Positions 36,256 through 47,179 of a stretch of 64,000 nucleotides of DNA are shown piece after piece. Source of the DNA: Ignavibacteriota bacterium (GTDB lineage: Bacteria; Bacteroidota; Ignavibacteria; UBA10030); contig CAVYML010000009.1 of assembly GCA_963769605.1 (NCBI GenBank), forward strand, positions 1,419,041 to 1,483,040. The letters are read 5' to 3'. The notes under the pieces are model-generated. The model was not told where the DNA came from. It did not search any database and saw nothing but the letters and a program-made list of their open reading frames with translations. Position 1 is the stretch's first letter; each line of letters opens with the position of its first letter. The position numbers and the translations under genes are program-made.

Positions 36256-38853
36256 GTGGTTCTTTATAAGGCAAACATTCTTATGTGGGCGGTTGTGTTT
36301 CTTTATTTTACACGACCGCTCTTTTCTTCTGCTCCGGAAACGGAAGAACCGGAAGCGGTGTCTTTCAGAGTTCGATATAATCGCGGCGGCGTGAATGATA
36401 TTGTCGAGGCACAAGCGACCGATGCATCGGTGTATTTTTCCATCCGGGAATTGTTTGCACTTCTTCATGTCGATTGTGAGATCGACAGCAGCGGTAATGC
36501 TGTTCGCGGGTTTTACTGTTCTTTTGAACGGCGCTATGAAATCGACAATGTGCGGCATGCAGCCTGCATCGATGAAGACACATTGTTTTATTCTTCGAAC
36601 GATATGCTTGTCATCGGCCGTGAACCGTATCTTGCGGCGGAATTCTTCGGACGAATGTTCCATCTCTTTTTCACAATCGAAATGAATCAGTTAAAGGCGG
36701 TTTTGAAAACGGAAGAATTACTGCCTGTTGCAGCGGAACGGGAGCGTGAGGAGTGCAGGGAAAAAATGGCTGAAAAAAAGTCTTTGCGTTGTGCATACCC
36801 GCTTCTCTATAATAGAAAGAGAGCGCTCTTTGGCGGCGGTGTAGCGGATTATACTTTTACGGGAGTCCATACCGGCGGCAATACTTGTTTGTCTGCGACG
36901 CTCCGTACCGGAGCGGAGGCTTTCGGCGGTGAATTCAACGGTACCGTGAATATGCTCTACGATCGCAATCTATGGGAAAACGAGGATGCCTATGCTCAAT
37001 GGAGATATGTTTTTGATCCATCGGAAGTCGTTTCCTCCGTTTCGCTCGGGTCCATTTCCGCAGAGGGATTAACGGCGAAACAATTTACCGGCCTTCAAAT
37101 ATCGAACGAGCCCGTTGTTCCGCGTGAAGTGTATCAAACGATCGTACTCCGGGAGCAAACACATCCGGACTGGACTGTCGGGGTTTATGCGGACGAAAAG
37201 CTTGTAGAATCCAAACGCGCAGATGCGGCCGGCGTTGTGCAGTTCGATGTTCCGCTAATGTACGGTACAAATATTTATACGCTGCGCATGTACGGACCGG
37301 CGGGTGAAGTTGAAATTGAACGAAAACGGATTCAGATTCCTTTTGCATTCGTGCCTCCCAAAACTCTGGACTATACGATCGATGCCGGAAGCCTGTCTTA
37401 TGAACACATTTTCTTTTCCCGGGTGCAATGCATGTATGGAATCAGCGAGCGTGTGAGCAACCGTTTGTCTCTTGAATTTATCAATGATATGCTGTGCAGC
37501 CGTCCTGTTCTGACCGATCTTCTTTCACTGCGTCTCGGAGAAAGTATTTTAGCCGCTGTGGAAGCTTCGCCTGCAGTGCGATACGGCGCCGATGTACAGA
37601 TTATTACGCCAGCTCGATGGCAATGGGGTATCAGTGCGATGCGGTTTGAAAAAAATGAATATTATAACAAGGCTTCAGAAAAAGCAGCATATCGTACTAT
37701 AGCTTCTTTGCCTTTCGTTCTTGGAGACTTGCAATCCTCTCTTCATGCTGCCGCTTCCAGAACCTGCTCGGGAGCGTTTACGACGGATGAAGGGAGTGCA
37801 GGCTTTTCGGTTTCTCCGGGTTCATGGAGTGTCGATCTTATAGAGCGTTCCGGCCGGTCGTTTGACGGGAATGTTCTTTATGGAAAAACCTCTACTCTCA
37901 CCGGTGCGCTGCTCTGCGGATTTTCCGGCGGGTTTGGGCGCTCTTCAGTCATAGGTGATTTGCTCTTGAATACCTCCGTGACGTTCGATCAATATGTCCG
38001 GAAGGCGAGTCTGTTCTCCTGCAATCTTTCCGCCTGCATTTTCAAAACGGGGCGATGTCAGATAGGAATGGAACGCGATATGCTCAACGGCCGCACAACC
38101 GCCACGATTCTACTAACCTTCGATTTCGATTGCATGCATACGGCGTCGTTGGTTCAGTACGGCAGCCATGAAGCTGCAACACAAACGATCAGCGGAGCGC
38201 TTGTATTCGACGAAGCAAACGGGAATGTCGATATGTTCGGCAGGCCATGGGACGGAACAACCGGAGCCGAAATTCGCATGTTTTTGGATCGCAACGGCAA
38301 CGGCCGCTGCGATTCCAACGAGTCGCCGGTGGACGGTTCGGCCGGCATCGGACATGCGGCAGCTTTTCAAAAAAAGGAAAACGGCAGAATCAAGCTGTGG
38401 AAACTGCTTCCGTACGAACGTTACGATGTCGATATAAGGTATGCCGCTCTTGAAAATAATTTGTGGGTACCGAAGTATACTGCTTTTTCTTTTATCACGG
38501 ATCCGAACTCGCTCAAACTTATCGATGTCCCTTTTGTTGCGGTGGGACTTATCGAAGGGAAGGTAGCGTGCAGCGGAAGAGATGAGGACCAGCTGCTCAC
38601 CAATGTTCAGGCAGTCGTGCGGAGAGAGGATGGTTCGTACCTGCAGACCATACGGATTTTTCAGGATGGGTCGTTGTATTACATCGGTATCCCTCCCGGT
38701 AAATACCGGATCTCGCTCGATTCAATTCGGCTCGCATCCGAAAATCTTATTTCGGAGCCGGCGGAACGGGAGTTTGAAATTCATGCAACGGCACAAGGAG
38801 ATGAAGTATCCGGTCTGGATTTTGTTTTGCATGAAATAAATACGGGGCATTAA
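36256..38853 (+). CDS. Large outer-membrane usher-like protein
   Basis: 865 aa, the size of a chaperone-usher usher (about 800-880 aa). It is beta-strand-rich and sits between two pilin-like genes and a chaperone-like gene. I could verify no diagnostic motif by eye. Confidence 0.35.
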   Translation: MVLYKANILMWAVVFLYFTRPLFSSAPETEEPEAVSFRVRYNRGGVNDIVEAQATDASVYFSIRELFALLHVDCEIDSSGNAVRGFYCSFERRYEIDNVRHAACIDEDTLFYSSNDMLVIGREPYLAAEFFGRMFHLFFTIEMNQLKAVLKTEELLPVAAEREREECREKMAEKKSLRCAYPLLYNRKRALFGGGVADYTFTGVHTGGNTCLSATLRTGAEAFGGEFNGTVNMLYDRNLWENEDAYAQWRYVFDPSEVVSSVSLGSISAEGLTAKQFTGLQISNEPVVPREVYQTIVLREQTHPDWTVGVYADEKLVESKRADAAGVVQFDVPLMYGTNIYTLRMYGPAGEVEIERKRIQIPFAFVPPKTLDYTIDAGSLSYEHIFFSRVQCMYGISERVSNRLSLEFINDMLCSRPVLTDLLSLRLGESILAAVEASPAVRYGADVQIITPARWQWGISAMRFEKNEYYNKASEKAAYRTIASLPFVLGDLQSSLHAAASRTCSGAFTTDEGSAGFSVSPGSWSVDLIERSGRSFDGNVLYGKTSTLTGALLCGFSGGFGRSSVIGDLLLNTSVTFDQYVRKASLFSCNLSACIFKTGRCQIGMERDMLNGRTTATILLTFDFDCMHTASLVQYGSHEAATQTISGALVFDEANGNVDMFGRPWDGTTGAEIRMFLDRNGNGRCDSNESPVDGSAGIGHAAAFQKKENGRIKLWKLLPYERYDVDIRYAALENNLWVPKYTAFSFITDPNSLKLIDVPFVAVGLIEGKVACSGRDEDQLLTNVQAVVRREDGSYLQTIRIFQDGSLYYIGIPPGKYRISLDSIRLASENLISEPAEREFEIHATAQGDEVSGLDFVLHEINTGH

Positions 38854-38892
38854 AAATAATTCTCATGCAATATTTGAATTGATACCGGGACT

Positions 38893-39390
38893 ATGAGGAC
38901 TCAGCACAAAAACATTTTCAGTAAAATACAAAGGACCTGCTTTTTTGTCCTTTTCTTTCTCCGGCCCATGCCTTCCAACGGGCAGCCGGTGATCAGCATT
39001 GTGTGTCGGAACGATGTGACGATTGGAACGATCAGCGCCGGTTTTTCGCAGCACGTGCAGCCGGCCTCGCTTTACGCCGCAAAGTTTGAAGTTCACGTAA
39101 CGAAAGCCATGGATGTGCTGGTACAATTCACTCTTCCGCAGCAGTTATCGTGTCCGGGGGGCGGGAGCAGCATCGATCTTCGCTTCGAACACGATTGCGC
39201 ACGATGGTCGCCGGTCGATAATGTTTCTTCGGCAACATCGTTCGATCCTCAGGTGCCTTTAACAATTCATATTGAACCGAATCAAACCGTTTATCTCTGG
39301 GTCGGTACCGTTGCTTCTGCTCCCGTAAAAAGTCAGGCCGGGACATATAACGGTTCCATCACTTGCACTGTTCAGCAAATATCACAATGA
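38893..39390 (+). CDS. Secreted SCPU/Csu-type pilin-like protein
   Basis: The C-terminus ends GTYNGSITCTVQQ (SCPU-like). It has a paired-Cys SCPGGG motif. About 165 aa. Confidence 0.45.
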   Translation: MRTQHKNIFSKIQRTCFFVLFFLRPMPSNGQPVISIVCRNDVTIGTISAGFSQHVQPASLYAAKFEVHVTKAMDVLVQFTLPQQLSCPGGGSSIDLRFEHDCARWSPVDNVSSATSFDPQVPLTIHIEPNQTVYLWVGTVASAPVKSQAGTYNGSITCTVQQISQ

Positions 39391-39417
39391 AAGAATAACG
39401 AAAAAAACGGGACTCTT

Positions 39418-40233
39418 ATGAAAACACTTCAGCTTTCGATTCTTATGTTTTTTTGTTTTCTTCGTCTTTCTGCACAGGTCGCCGTCGCTCCCCCGATCGT
39501 TTTTTGCAGTCCCGATCATCGCTTTGGCGATCTTATTATCGAAAACCGGACCACAACGCCGCAGGAAGTTTCCGTAGAATTTAAATTCGGATATCCGTTG
39601 TCGGATTCTCTCGGTGCAATGAACATGCAATTCGGTGATACGGCAACCGAGAAAGAATTGTCTCTGAAACCGTATATTAGACTATTTCCCAAAAAATTTA
39701 TTATGCAGCCGGGCGATAAACAAATTGTCCGTATCGCCGCAAATGTTCCGGCTTCTCTTAAGGACGGATTTTACTGGACGCGCGTTATAACGACAAGCGC
39801 CGAACAGAAGGGACAAGTCGATACGATACGGAAAGACATTACAACGACGCTGAATTATATTTTTAAGCAGGTAACGACTGCTGTGTATCAAAAAGGTATG
39901 CTCACAAACGGCATAACAATCACCGGAAAAGGAGTTGCGAAAAATAACGCAGGGACGCTGATTCTTTGGTACATCAATAAAAACGGCAACGCACCCTATT
40001 TTGGCACGGCAACGGCAAAAATTTTCGATGCAGACGACGTTCTTGTCGATGAGATAAGAGAAACTATCGCGGTTTATGTTTCGATGATGAAGTGTTCTCT
40101 TCTGACAAAAAATCTCCCGGCAGGAACGTATACTGTCGACATCTCACTTGCCCCTCAGCGCAACGACATTCCTGCGGATCAAATCCGGTATTGTTCCGCG
40201 TACGAACAACGCTTTACCGTTGTTCTTCCATAA
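39418..40233 (+). CDS. Periplasmic pilus chaperone-like protein (PapD/CsuC-like Ig fold)
   Basis: Signal peptide. The N-terminal pattern VAVAPPIVFCSPDHRFGDLIIENRTTTPQEVSVEFKFGY resembles the v.v.P..v......l.v.N.....v.v.. pattern of chaperone N-domains. About 270 aa. Confidence 0.4.
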   Translation: MKTLQLSILMFFCFLRLSAQVAVAPPIVFCSPDHRFGDLIIENRTTTPQEVSVEFKFGYPLSDSLGAMNMQFGDTATEKELSLKPYIRLFPKKFIMQPGDKQIVRIAANVPASLKDGFYWTRVITTSAEQKGQVDTIRKDITTTLNYIFKQVTTAVYQKGMLTNGITITGKGVAKNNAGTLILWYINKNGNAPYFGTATAKIFDADDVLVDEIRETIAVYVSMMKCSLLTKNLPAGTYTVDISLAPQRNDIPADQIRYCSAYEQRFTVVLP

Positions 40234-40754
40234 CTCGAATAGATGGAGAGAATGCACAAGCGTAATCCTGCCGGTCAGTGGAATGTTTTCGAGGCTTCAC
40301 TTAAATACGGCTAACGACTGAAGACAAGCTGCCAATTGCCGCGGAGCGGGAAAGGGAGGAACAGCTGCAAATTGCAGAGGCGCAGAAAAAAATTCATACC
40401 TCCTATCCACTTTTTTCGTTCTGTTTTTCTATTTATCATATTAGCCCGTAGTATTTTAAGGCAGCATTTTTTTCATTGTAGCCAATGCCAGTTTACCCTC
40501 ATTGCGGCAATGCCGACTGATGACATGTTTATTCAAGCATTTTATACATTATAAGTGCTTGACCTTAGAAGAAGATTAAATTTCCGAAGTGGCCTATTAT
40601 TTTTGATCAACCGAAAAATCATCGAAAACAGACCAAAACAGGCATGCACCTTTCATTTTAATAATAAGAGATCTAAAAGATTTTTATTGACTTCTGAAAA
40701 AAACCTTTTTACATTATCGCATTACATATCCTATCACATATCATACATCTGACA

Positions 40755-41492
40755 ATGGATAATATTTTCATACCTGTAGAAAAAAGAAGACTTCTGAGCA
40801 GTGTTGTTGAGTCTCAGATTGAAGAAGCTATACGGAAAAAAACATTTCTGCCTGGCGAGAAAATTCCTTCGGAGTCACAGTTGTGCCAACAATTTAACGT
40901 TAGCCGCACTGCCGTTCGTGAGGCTCTGCGTATGCTTAGTGCACGCGGCATGATTAACATTGTGAAAGGGAAAGGAATCTTCGTTTGTCATATTTCGGCT
41001 GAAACGGTCATGAATCCCATCCGCTTGTATCTGGAAATGAAGCAAGAACGCGACTATGTGTTCGATCTTGTGCATGCTCGCCAGATTATCGAACCTCCCA
41101 TTGCTGCTTCGGCAGCTTTGCATCACACGGAAGAAGACGCAGAAAAACTTAAAAAAGATCAGGATGATCTAGAGCAAAGCAATGGTGATTACAAAGAACT
41201 GACCCGATTGGACATGCTCTTTCACTTAGACATTGCAAAGGCATCTGAAAATTCTATAATTCCTCTCATTCTAGATCCGATCCACCAGTTGATTCCACCG
41301 ATCAAGTCGTCTGTCTATGCAACGGTAGCTGATGCGAAGCAGTCTGCTGTCGAATGGCACAGAAAGATTCTCATTGCAATATTGCAGAGAGATGCAGAGG
41401 GAGCACGCGCGGCAATGCAGCACCATCTCGAGATTGCAGAAAAGCATGCGGAGCAGATGCTGCAGAATAAGCAACAACTGCACAAAATCTGA
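40755..41492 (+). CDS. GntR family transcriptional regulator (FadR/FCD subfamily)
   Basis: The N-terminal wHTH is PSESQLCQQFNVSRTAVREALRMLSARGMINIVKGKGIFV. The C-terminus is an all-helical FCD-like domain. 245 aa. It lies upstream of the TonB receptor and hexuronate genes. Confidence 0.85.
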   Translation: MDNIFIPVEKRRLLSSVVESQIEEAIRKKTFLPGEKIPSESQLCQQFNVSRTAVREALRMLSARGMINIVKGKGIFVCHISAETVMNPIRLYLEMKQERDYVFDLVHARQIIEPPIAASAALHHTEEDAEKLKKDQDDLEQSNGDYKELTRLDMLFHLDIAKASENSIIPLILDPIHQLIPPIKSSVYATVADAKQSAVEWHRKILIAILQRDAEGARAAMQHHLEIAEKHAEQMLQNKQQLHKI

Positions 41493-41635
41493 AACCGCCG
41501 ACCGCAATCGAGGAAGACGCGAAGGATGATGATAAAGACGTTTGCGGGCGGCAAGGATAATGAAAAAAAATTCCGATCGGAGATAGTTCAAACAAAAGTT
41601 TCCAACGAACCCATCTTGTAAGGAGTCATAAGTAT

Positions 41636-44600
41636 ATGAAATTGTCCTTCGTGTTGTTGTCATTGGCGCTTTGTCTCATCTTCCTTCCTCTTGCTGCTCG
41701 AGGGCAAGGTACACTCACGGGAACAGTGAGAGATTCTTCCACTCATGAAACGATTATTGGTGCCAATATTATTCTCTTGGGTTCGTCGCTTGGATGCGCA
41801 ACAAACCTCGATGGAGAATTTCGACTCACTGCGATTCCTGAAAAGATATTTCGTATCAGGATAACTTGTATAGGATATGAAGCACGGGAATTCGAAATCG
41901 ATTTTAGTAAAATAAATTCCGCCAGCCTGGATGTTCAGCTTCCTCCCAAGGCTATAAGCATGGGGGAAGTTGTTGTTCTGGGTCAAATGCGCGGACAACT
42001 GCAGGCTATCAACCAGCAAGTTACATCCAAAACGATCGTAGATGTCGTATCGGAAGAAAAGATTCAAGAACTGCCCGACGCAAACGCTGCCGAATCGATC
42101 GGACGACTGCCGGGTGTTTCCCTTATTCGGTCCGGGGGCGAGGCAACCAACGTAGTTTTGCGCGGATTGAGTTCGAAATTCAGCAATATCACTGTCGATG
42201 GCGTTAAAATTCCTCCGACGGATCCAAACTCACGCGATGTGGATCTGAGCATGATATCACAAAGTGCATTGTCGGGCATTGAATTGCATAAGACTCTTAC
42301 AGCCGACCAGGATGCAGATGCGATTGCGGGATCGATCAATCTGGTCACCAAGAAGGCACCTTCAGAACGTCTCCTTCAATTTGATCTCAAAGGTGACTAC
42401 AACTATCTCATGGAATCGGCAGGACAGTACCGATTTTACGGGCCGATATGGAGAGCGATTCTTCGACGATATTCTCGGTGTGCAGATCCAGGGCAACGCG
42501 GAGCAGAAGATTCGAAGCAGAGAGGATATCTCAAACCACTACTCCATGAGTAATAACTCGGCCAGTCTGTTCCCTATCCTCGATGGACCTGCCGATGTTT
42601 ACGGAAATACCTACACGCTGGATCAGATTACGAGAACGTTTACAGATGAACAGCGTAAAAGAAATGGGGGGCAGGCAATCTTCGATGTGAATACTCCAGA
42701 CAGCGGTTCGGTAAAACTCTCCGGGTTGTATAGTGAAACCAATAAAAATACGATGGTTTATAGCAGGATACTCCCCAATGGGTATGGTGGACCGGATTTT
42801 GACTATCAGTATACCCAACAACAAATCAGCACAGTCAATACCTCCATCCAGGGAATCAATTATCTTTTAGGGTTGACTGTCGATTGGAATCTTGCGTATG
42901 CACAATCGAAGATCACAAACCCGGATGGATTTCGTGCATCGTTCCAGCAGGGTGGGTCAGACCCTAATAATTTTTCGACCGTCGTGCTCGATAGTTCTGA
43001 AATCATTCATCAAGAAAACTTCGACAAAGAACAGACATTTCAACTGAACCTTTCGCGAAAAGTAGCATTAGGGGATGCGTTTGCGGATGAATTTAAGTTT
43101 GGAGGCAAGTATAAGGACAAGACGAGGTGGATGAACAACAGCGGTTTCAACTGGAACAACTATCGCTCATTCAACAGTTTTGAGAACGCAGATGGAACAC
43201 CGATCAGTTATGCCGGAACTCGATTTGCGGGTGTAACAACAACGGCGCCGTCTCTTTCCTACTTTCTAGATACACCTGTACCTACGCGCAATTTGATGGG
43301 CATGTACATGTTAACACCACTCATCAATGAAGATGCCTTCAAACAGTGGTATGCCCTGAACAAGAATGCGATCTATCCGTCTTCACCTGCCGATTACGGT
43401 CCGAATGCGCTGGCTGTTCTCAGCGACTACAATGTAATAGAACGAGTGTCGAGCGGCTATTTAATGAATACGCTTGATATAGAGCAGCGCACGACTCTTA
43501 TTCTCGGAATCCGCGTGGAGAAAGAATCCAACAATTACGGTGCGGAGAACTCAGACCGATCGGTGGGTGGAACCGGATCGGTTTCACTGATTACAGGGAA
43601 GATCATGGATACGACTGCGAACTACCAGGAGACGATTTGGCTTCCGAGTGCACAGCTGACATATAAAGCTGCGGACTATCTGACGTTGAGATTTGCAGCA
43701 TACCGGGCGCTGGCACGTCCGGACTTCGATCTGCGTCTGCCGCAATTTGCATATAGCACTACGACTCAGGTCTTTGTTCTTGGGAATCCGAATCTGAAAG
43801 ATGCAAAGGCATGGAACTACGAGGTCAATACACAACTCTTCGACAATATCATCGGCCTCTTCTCCGTATCGGTGTACTATAAAGTCATTGACGACATGTT
43901 TCATCAAACGAATGATTTGGAAATTAGCTGGCCTGCCGGAGGACCTAATACACTCATAGGGAACAATGGATGGACGACGAATGCAGCGTCGGGACTCATA
44001 TATCGAATGGACAATCTGCTCGATCAATTAAACCTGTCCTCGTGGAAAAACAACGCTGTGTTTAACAGTATTCTCACCAGCAATGCCTACAAAGCGAATA
44101 TTGCCTACAACTCTCCTGATCTGTCGTACGCGTGGGGGTTGGAGATAGAGCATCAAATAAACTTTATGTTTCTTCCCGTCTCATGGCTTCAAAATGTGAC
44201 GCTCTCCTATAATCTGTCCTTTGCGCGTTCGAGGACGAATATTCTGGTCGGAACAGAGGTTGTTGATACGACGTATACTCCCGGCACAACAGGAGCTCAT
44301 GGAAAACCTCCGAAATTAAATTTTCTGGAAGACGGGGTCCCGATATGGCAAACACACCAATCGGAAGATCAACCCACTTTCTATATGAATGTGGCTCTCG
44401 GGTATGACATCAAAGGATTTTCCATCAGGCTCTCCGTGTACCATCAAGCCCAGTACACGGCACAGTACTCTGCAGCCGGAACATCTGATGCGATTGTAGA
44501 TCCGTTTACGAAGTGGGATCTCGCTGTAAGGCAGCAAATCTCATCAACAATCTCACTCTTTGCGAATGTGAACAACATTTTCAACAAACAGGAAACGACA

Positions 44601-44696
44601 TCACGATACAATAATCTGTTCAATTGGGGATACCTGCCGAAAACGGCGGAATTATACGGCACATCCGTGGATTTTGGAGTGCGGGTATCAATATAA
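41636..44696 (+). pseudogene. TonB-dependent outer-membrane receptor (SusC/RagA-like with CarboxypepD_reg N-domain), apparently frameshifted near 42430-42480 (ORFs 41636..42553 and 42264..44696)
   Basis: Signal peptide. The carboxypeptidase-regulatory-like domain is GTLTGTVRDSSTHETIIGANIILLGSS...DGEF. The plug domain is DVVSEEKIQELPDANAAESIGRLPGVSLIRSGGEATNVVLRGLS. The long C-terminal beta-barrel continues in a second frame. Confidence 0.7.
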
Positions 44697-44716
44697 TGAA
44701 GATGAGAACTCGGTTC

Positions 44717-44851
<135 letters not shown>

Positions 44852-44879
44852 TCAATTCATATCAGGTAAGGAGTGCATC

Positions 44880-47075
44880 ATGAAAAGTTGTATCTTTGGT
44901 TTTTTGTTGCTCTATCTGATCGTTCCGACAAGAGCATGGAGTCAGGAAGATACCCTCAGTATCCCTGACCTCTATGGAACAAATATGTTCCTCAACACGA
45001 TCATCGCGGCAGATACGGCAGGGACTGGATGGCAGGGTGCTGGCGGAGCGACCGCATGGCAAAACCACACGCGAGTCTATGTTCTGGCGAAGAACGGATA
45101 CTATCCGTGTAATGCAAAGATTAATGTAGGTTTAAATAGGAAGTTGTCTATACGCGCAAATGTAGGCAACTATATTATTCCCGCTCATGGCGGTGATTGG
45201 AGGCCTCAAATTTATTTATACCCGGTCAGCGGTACGCCTCCCGCATATTTCGTTGATTTAGTTGGTACGAATGATACATTGGTTTTGTCGAATGTTTCCC
45301 TCTGCGGTATTGACGAAAGTCAAGTCGGTACATTGGATAAAGTGCAAGGGAATATAATAGAAATTCAATCAGCAGGCAGTGGCAGTATCTTTATCGACAA
45401 TTGCGTGATAAAGACGGTTAATGGACAGCTCATGCAGATAGGTGCATCGGGAGCATGTCATGCGAATACAATCAGGATAACAAACTCGATCTTTGCAGAT
45501 ATGGGTTTCCTTGGCATGTCCAATCTTGGCGCCGGCAGAGGGATTGACCTTCGCAACTCGGAAGTGGACAGTCTTATCATTCTCAATAATACATTCATTA
45601 ATTTCCAGGATCGTATTGTGAGGCATTTGATTTCTCTCGCTCCGATCCATAGTATCCAATTTGACCACAACACGATCATTAATGGTATGAGCTATTGCGG
45701 TACTCTTTCGTTCGGCTGGGTAGACTCAATGAGCAGTGGTCCGTTTGAAATTAAAAACAATCTTTTTGTTGACAACTTTGCAATGGGGCCGGACACTGAC
45801 CTTGTGCGGCAGAGCGAGTTCACAGATAGTCCCGATTTAGATCCTGTGAATGGTTATGCTAAAATGAGTTGGATTGTCGCACGCCCGAATACAACGAGTC
45901 ATAATACGCCGTGGAATATTTCCAATAACTATTATAGCATCTCCGATTCCGGATTGGCGTTGCGGGCATTGGCAAGTCCCTATATGAGAGTGCCTCCGTC
46001 CACACTGTATCCCGGTGCTGCAGAACCGATTATGACGTCCAACATAAAAAAACAATTGGCGTTAAATGGCGGAGATACGGTTAAGGCATTCCAAAAGGTG
46101 TCTGTTGCTCCTTCCGTGGTTCCGTCGTTAATGACGAAATTAGTTCGATGGTACTATTCGCCGCTTTCTGCCGGCGTTGGCGGAAATAGTGTAAACAATG
46201 TTGGTGCCGGTGCTGGAAGACAGAAAACAGGATCCAGCGGCACGCCTGCCACAAACTTCATCCACGATGCCACGAACAACGTTTGGGTGTATGACTTTAA
46301 CCGACGGTCAACAGTGTTTTATATGGACACGCTTAACGCCTCGTTCTCTTCGATCGTCGATCTTTCTCATGCAGCATCGGATGGGCAGATAGTTGGCGAC
46401 CCGCGTTGGTCGTTCAGTATCATCCCCGTTCTCACTTTCTCCGTAACACCCAAAACCATCGCTTTCGATACTGTAAGCGAGAACACCAGCAAAAAGGATT
46501 CGGTAATTGTTTCCAATGCCGGAGGCAATACAGCTTTAGTCATCGATTCGGTAAAATCGACGGCGGCGGTATTTACAATTTCGCCTGTTTCGAAATCAAT
46601 TCCAGCGGGTCAAAGCGCCTATTTTGTGATCACATTCTCTCCGACGGCGGCGCACACAAATAGTAATGCGTCGATTGTTTTTTATCACAATGCCCCTTCG
46701 CTGAAAGACACCGTTTTGGTTTCCGGGACAGGCGGACTGCCACCTACAGGAGTTCCGGGATCACAATCAAATCTTCCGACCGTGTTTAAATTACACAACA
46801 GTTATCCCAATCCTTTTAATCCTTCGACGACAATTCAATATGATTTGCCGCAGGAAAGCAAGGTTATGATCAAAGTTTATTCGATCCTGGGTCAACAGAT
46901 TGCCACGTTAGTCGATGGTGTTGTTCCAGCCGGTTATCATCAGGTAATTTGGAGGGGTAGCAGGGATGACGGTAAGACGGTAGCTGGGGGAGTCTACTTC
47001 TATCGCATCTTTGCACAGCCGCTCGGCAAGGGATCCGGTCTTGTGCAGACGAAGAAAATGGTGATGCTTAAATAA
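44880..47075 (+). CDS. Secreted right-handed beta-helix protein (pectate-lyase-like fold) with a C-terminal T9SS sorting domain
   Basis: Signal peptide. It has repetitive N-x-(T/S)-(I/F) beta-helix-like turns (NNTFINF, DHNTIINGM, IKNNLFVDN). The C-terminus NSYPNPFNPSTTIQYDLPQESKVMIKVYSILGQQIATLVDG...GVYFYRIFAQ...KKMVMLK matches the Por_Secre_tail (type A CTD) consensus. Confidence 0.75.
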   Translation: MKSCIFGFLLLYLIVPTRAWSQEDTLSIPDLYGTNMFLNTIIAADTAGTGWQGAGGATAWQNHTRVYVLAKNGYYPCNAKINVGLNRKLSIRANVGNYIIPAHGGDWRPQIYLYPVSGTPPAYFVDLVGTNDTLVLSNVSLCGIDESQVGTLDKVQGNIIEIQSAGSGSIFIDNCVIKTVNGQLMQIGASGACHANTIRITNSIFADMGFLGMSNLGAGRGIDLRNSEVDSLIILNNTFINFQDRIVRHLISLAPIHSIQFDHNTIINGMSYCGTLSFGWVDSMSSGPFEIKNNLFVDNFAMGPDTDLVRQSEFTDSPDLDPVNGYAKMSWIVARPNTTSHNTPWNISNNYYSISDSGLALRALASPYMRVPPSTLYPGAAEPIMTSNIKKQLALNGGDTVKAFQKVSVAPSVVPSLMTKLVRWYYSPLSAGVGGNSVNNVGAGAGRQKTGSSGTPATNFIHDATNNVWVYDFNRRSTVFYMDTLNASFSSIVDLSHAASDGQIVGDPRWSFSIIPVLTFSVTPKTIAFDTVSENTSKKDSVIVSNAGGNTALVIDSVKSTAAVFTISPVSKSIPAGQSAYFVITFSPTAAHTNSNASIVFYHNAPSLKDTVLVSGTGGLPPTGVPGSQSNLPTVFKLHNSYPNPFNPSTTIQYDLPQESKVMIKVYSILGQQIATLVDGVVPAGYHQVIWRGSRDDGKTVAGGVYFYRIFAQPLGKGSGLVQTKKMVMLK

Positions 47076-47179
47076 GGACTTTTGAAAGCATACATGTGAA
47101 TTGTGAAGCATCCAGTTCGAGTTGTTTTGGACTGGATGCTTCGTATATTTGTAAGGAAGAAGAAAGAGACGAAAAAGCG

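Noticed and set aside
36217-36663. 148-aa minus-strand ORF overlapping the start of the usher-like gene
   Set aside because: The + strand 865-aa ORF is continuous and far more plausible. The minus ORF has no support.
40336-40752. Two small + ORFs (72 and 65 aa) between the chaperone-like gene and the GntR regulator
   Set aside because: They are low-complexity and AT-rich with no motifs. The region more likely holds the promoter/operator of the GntR gene.
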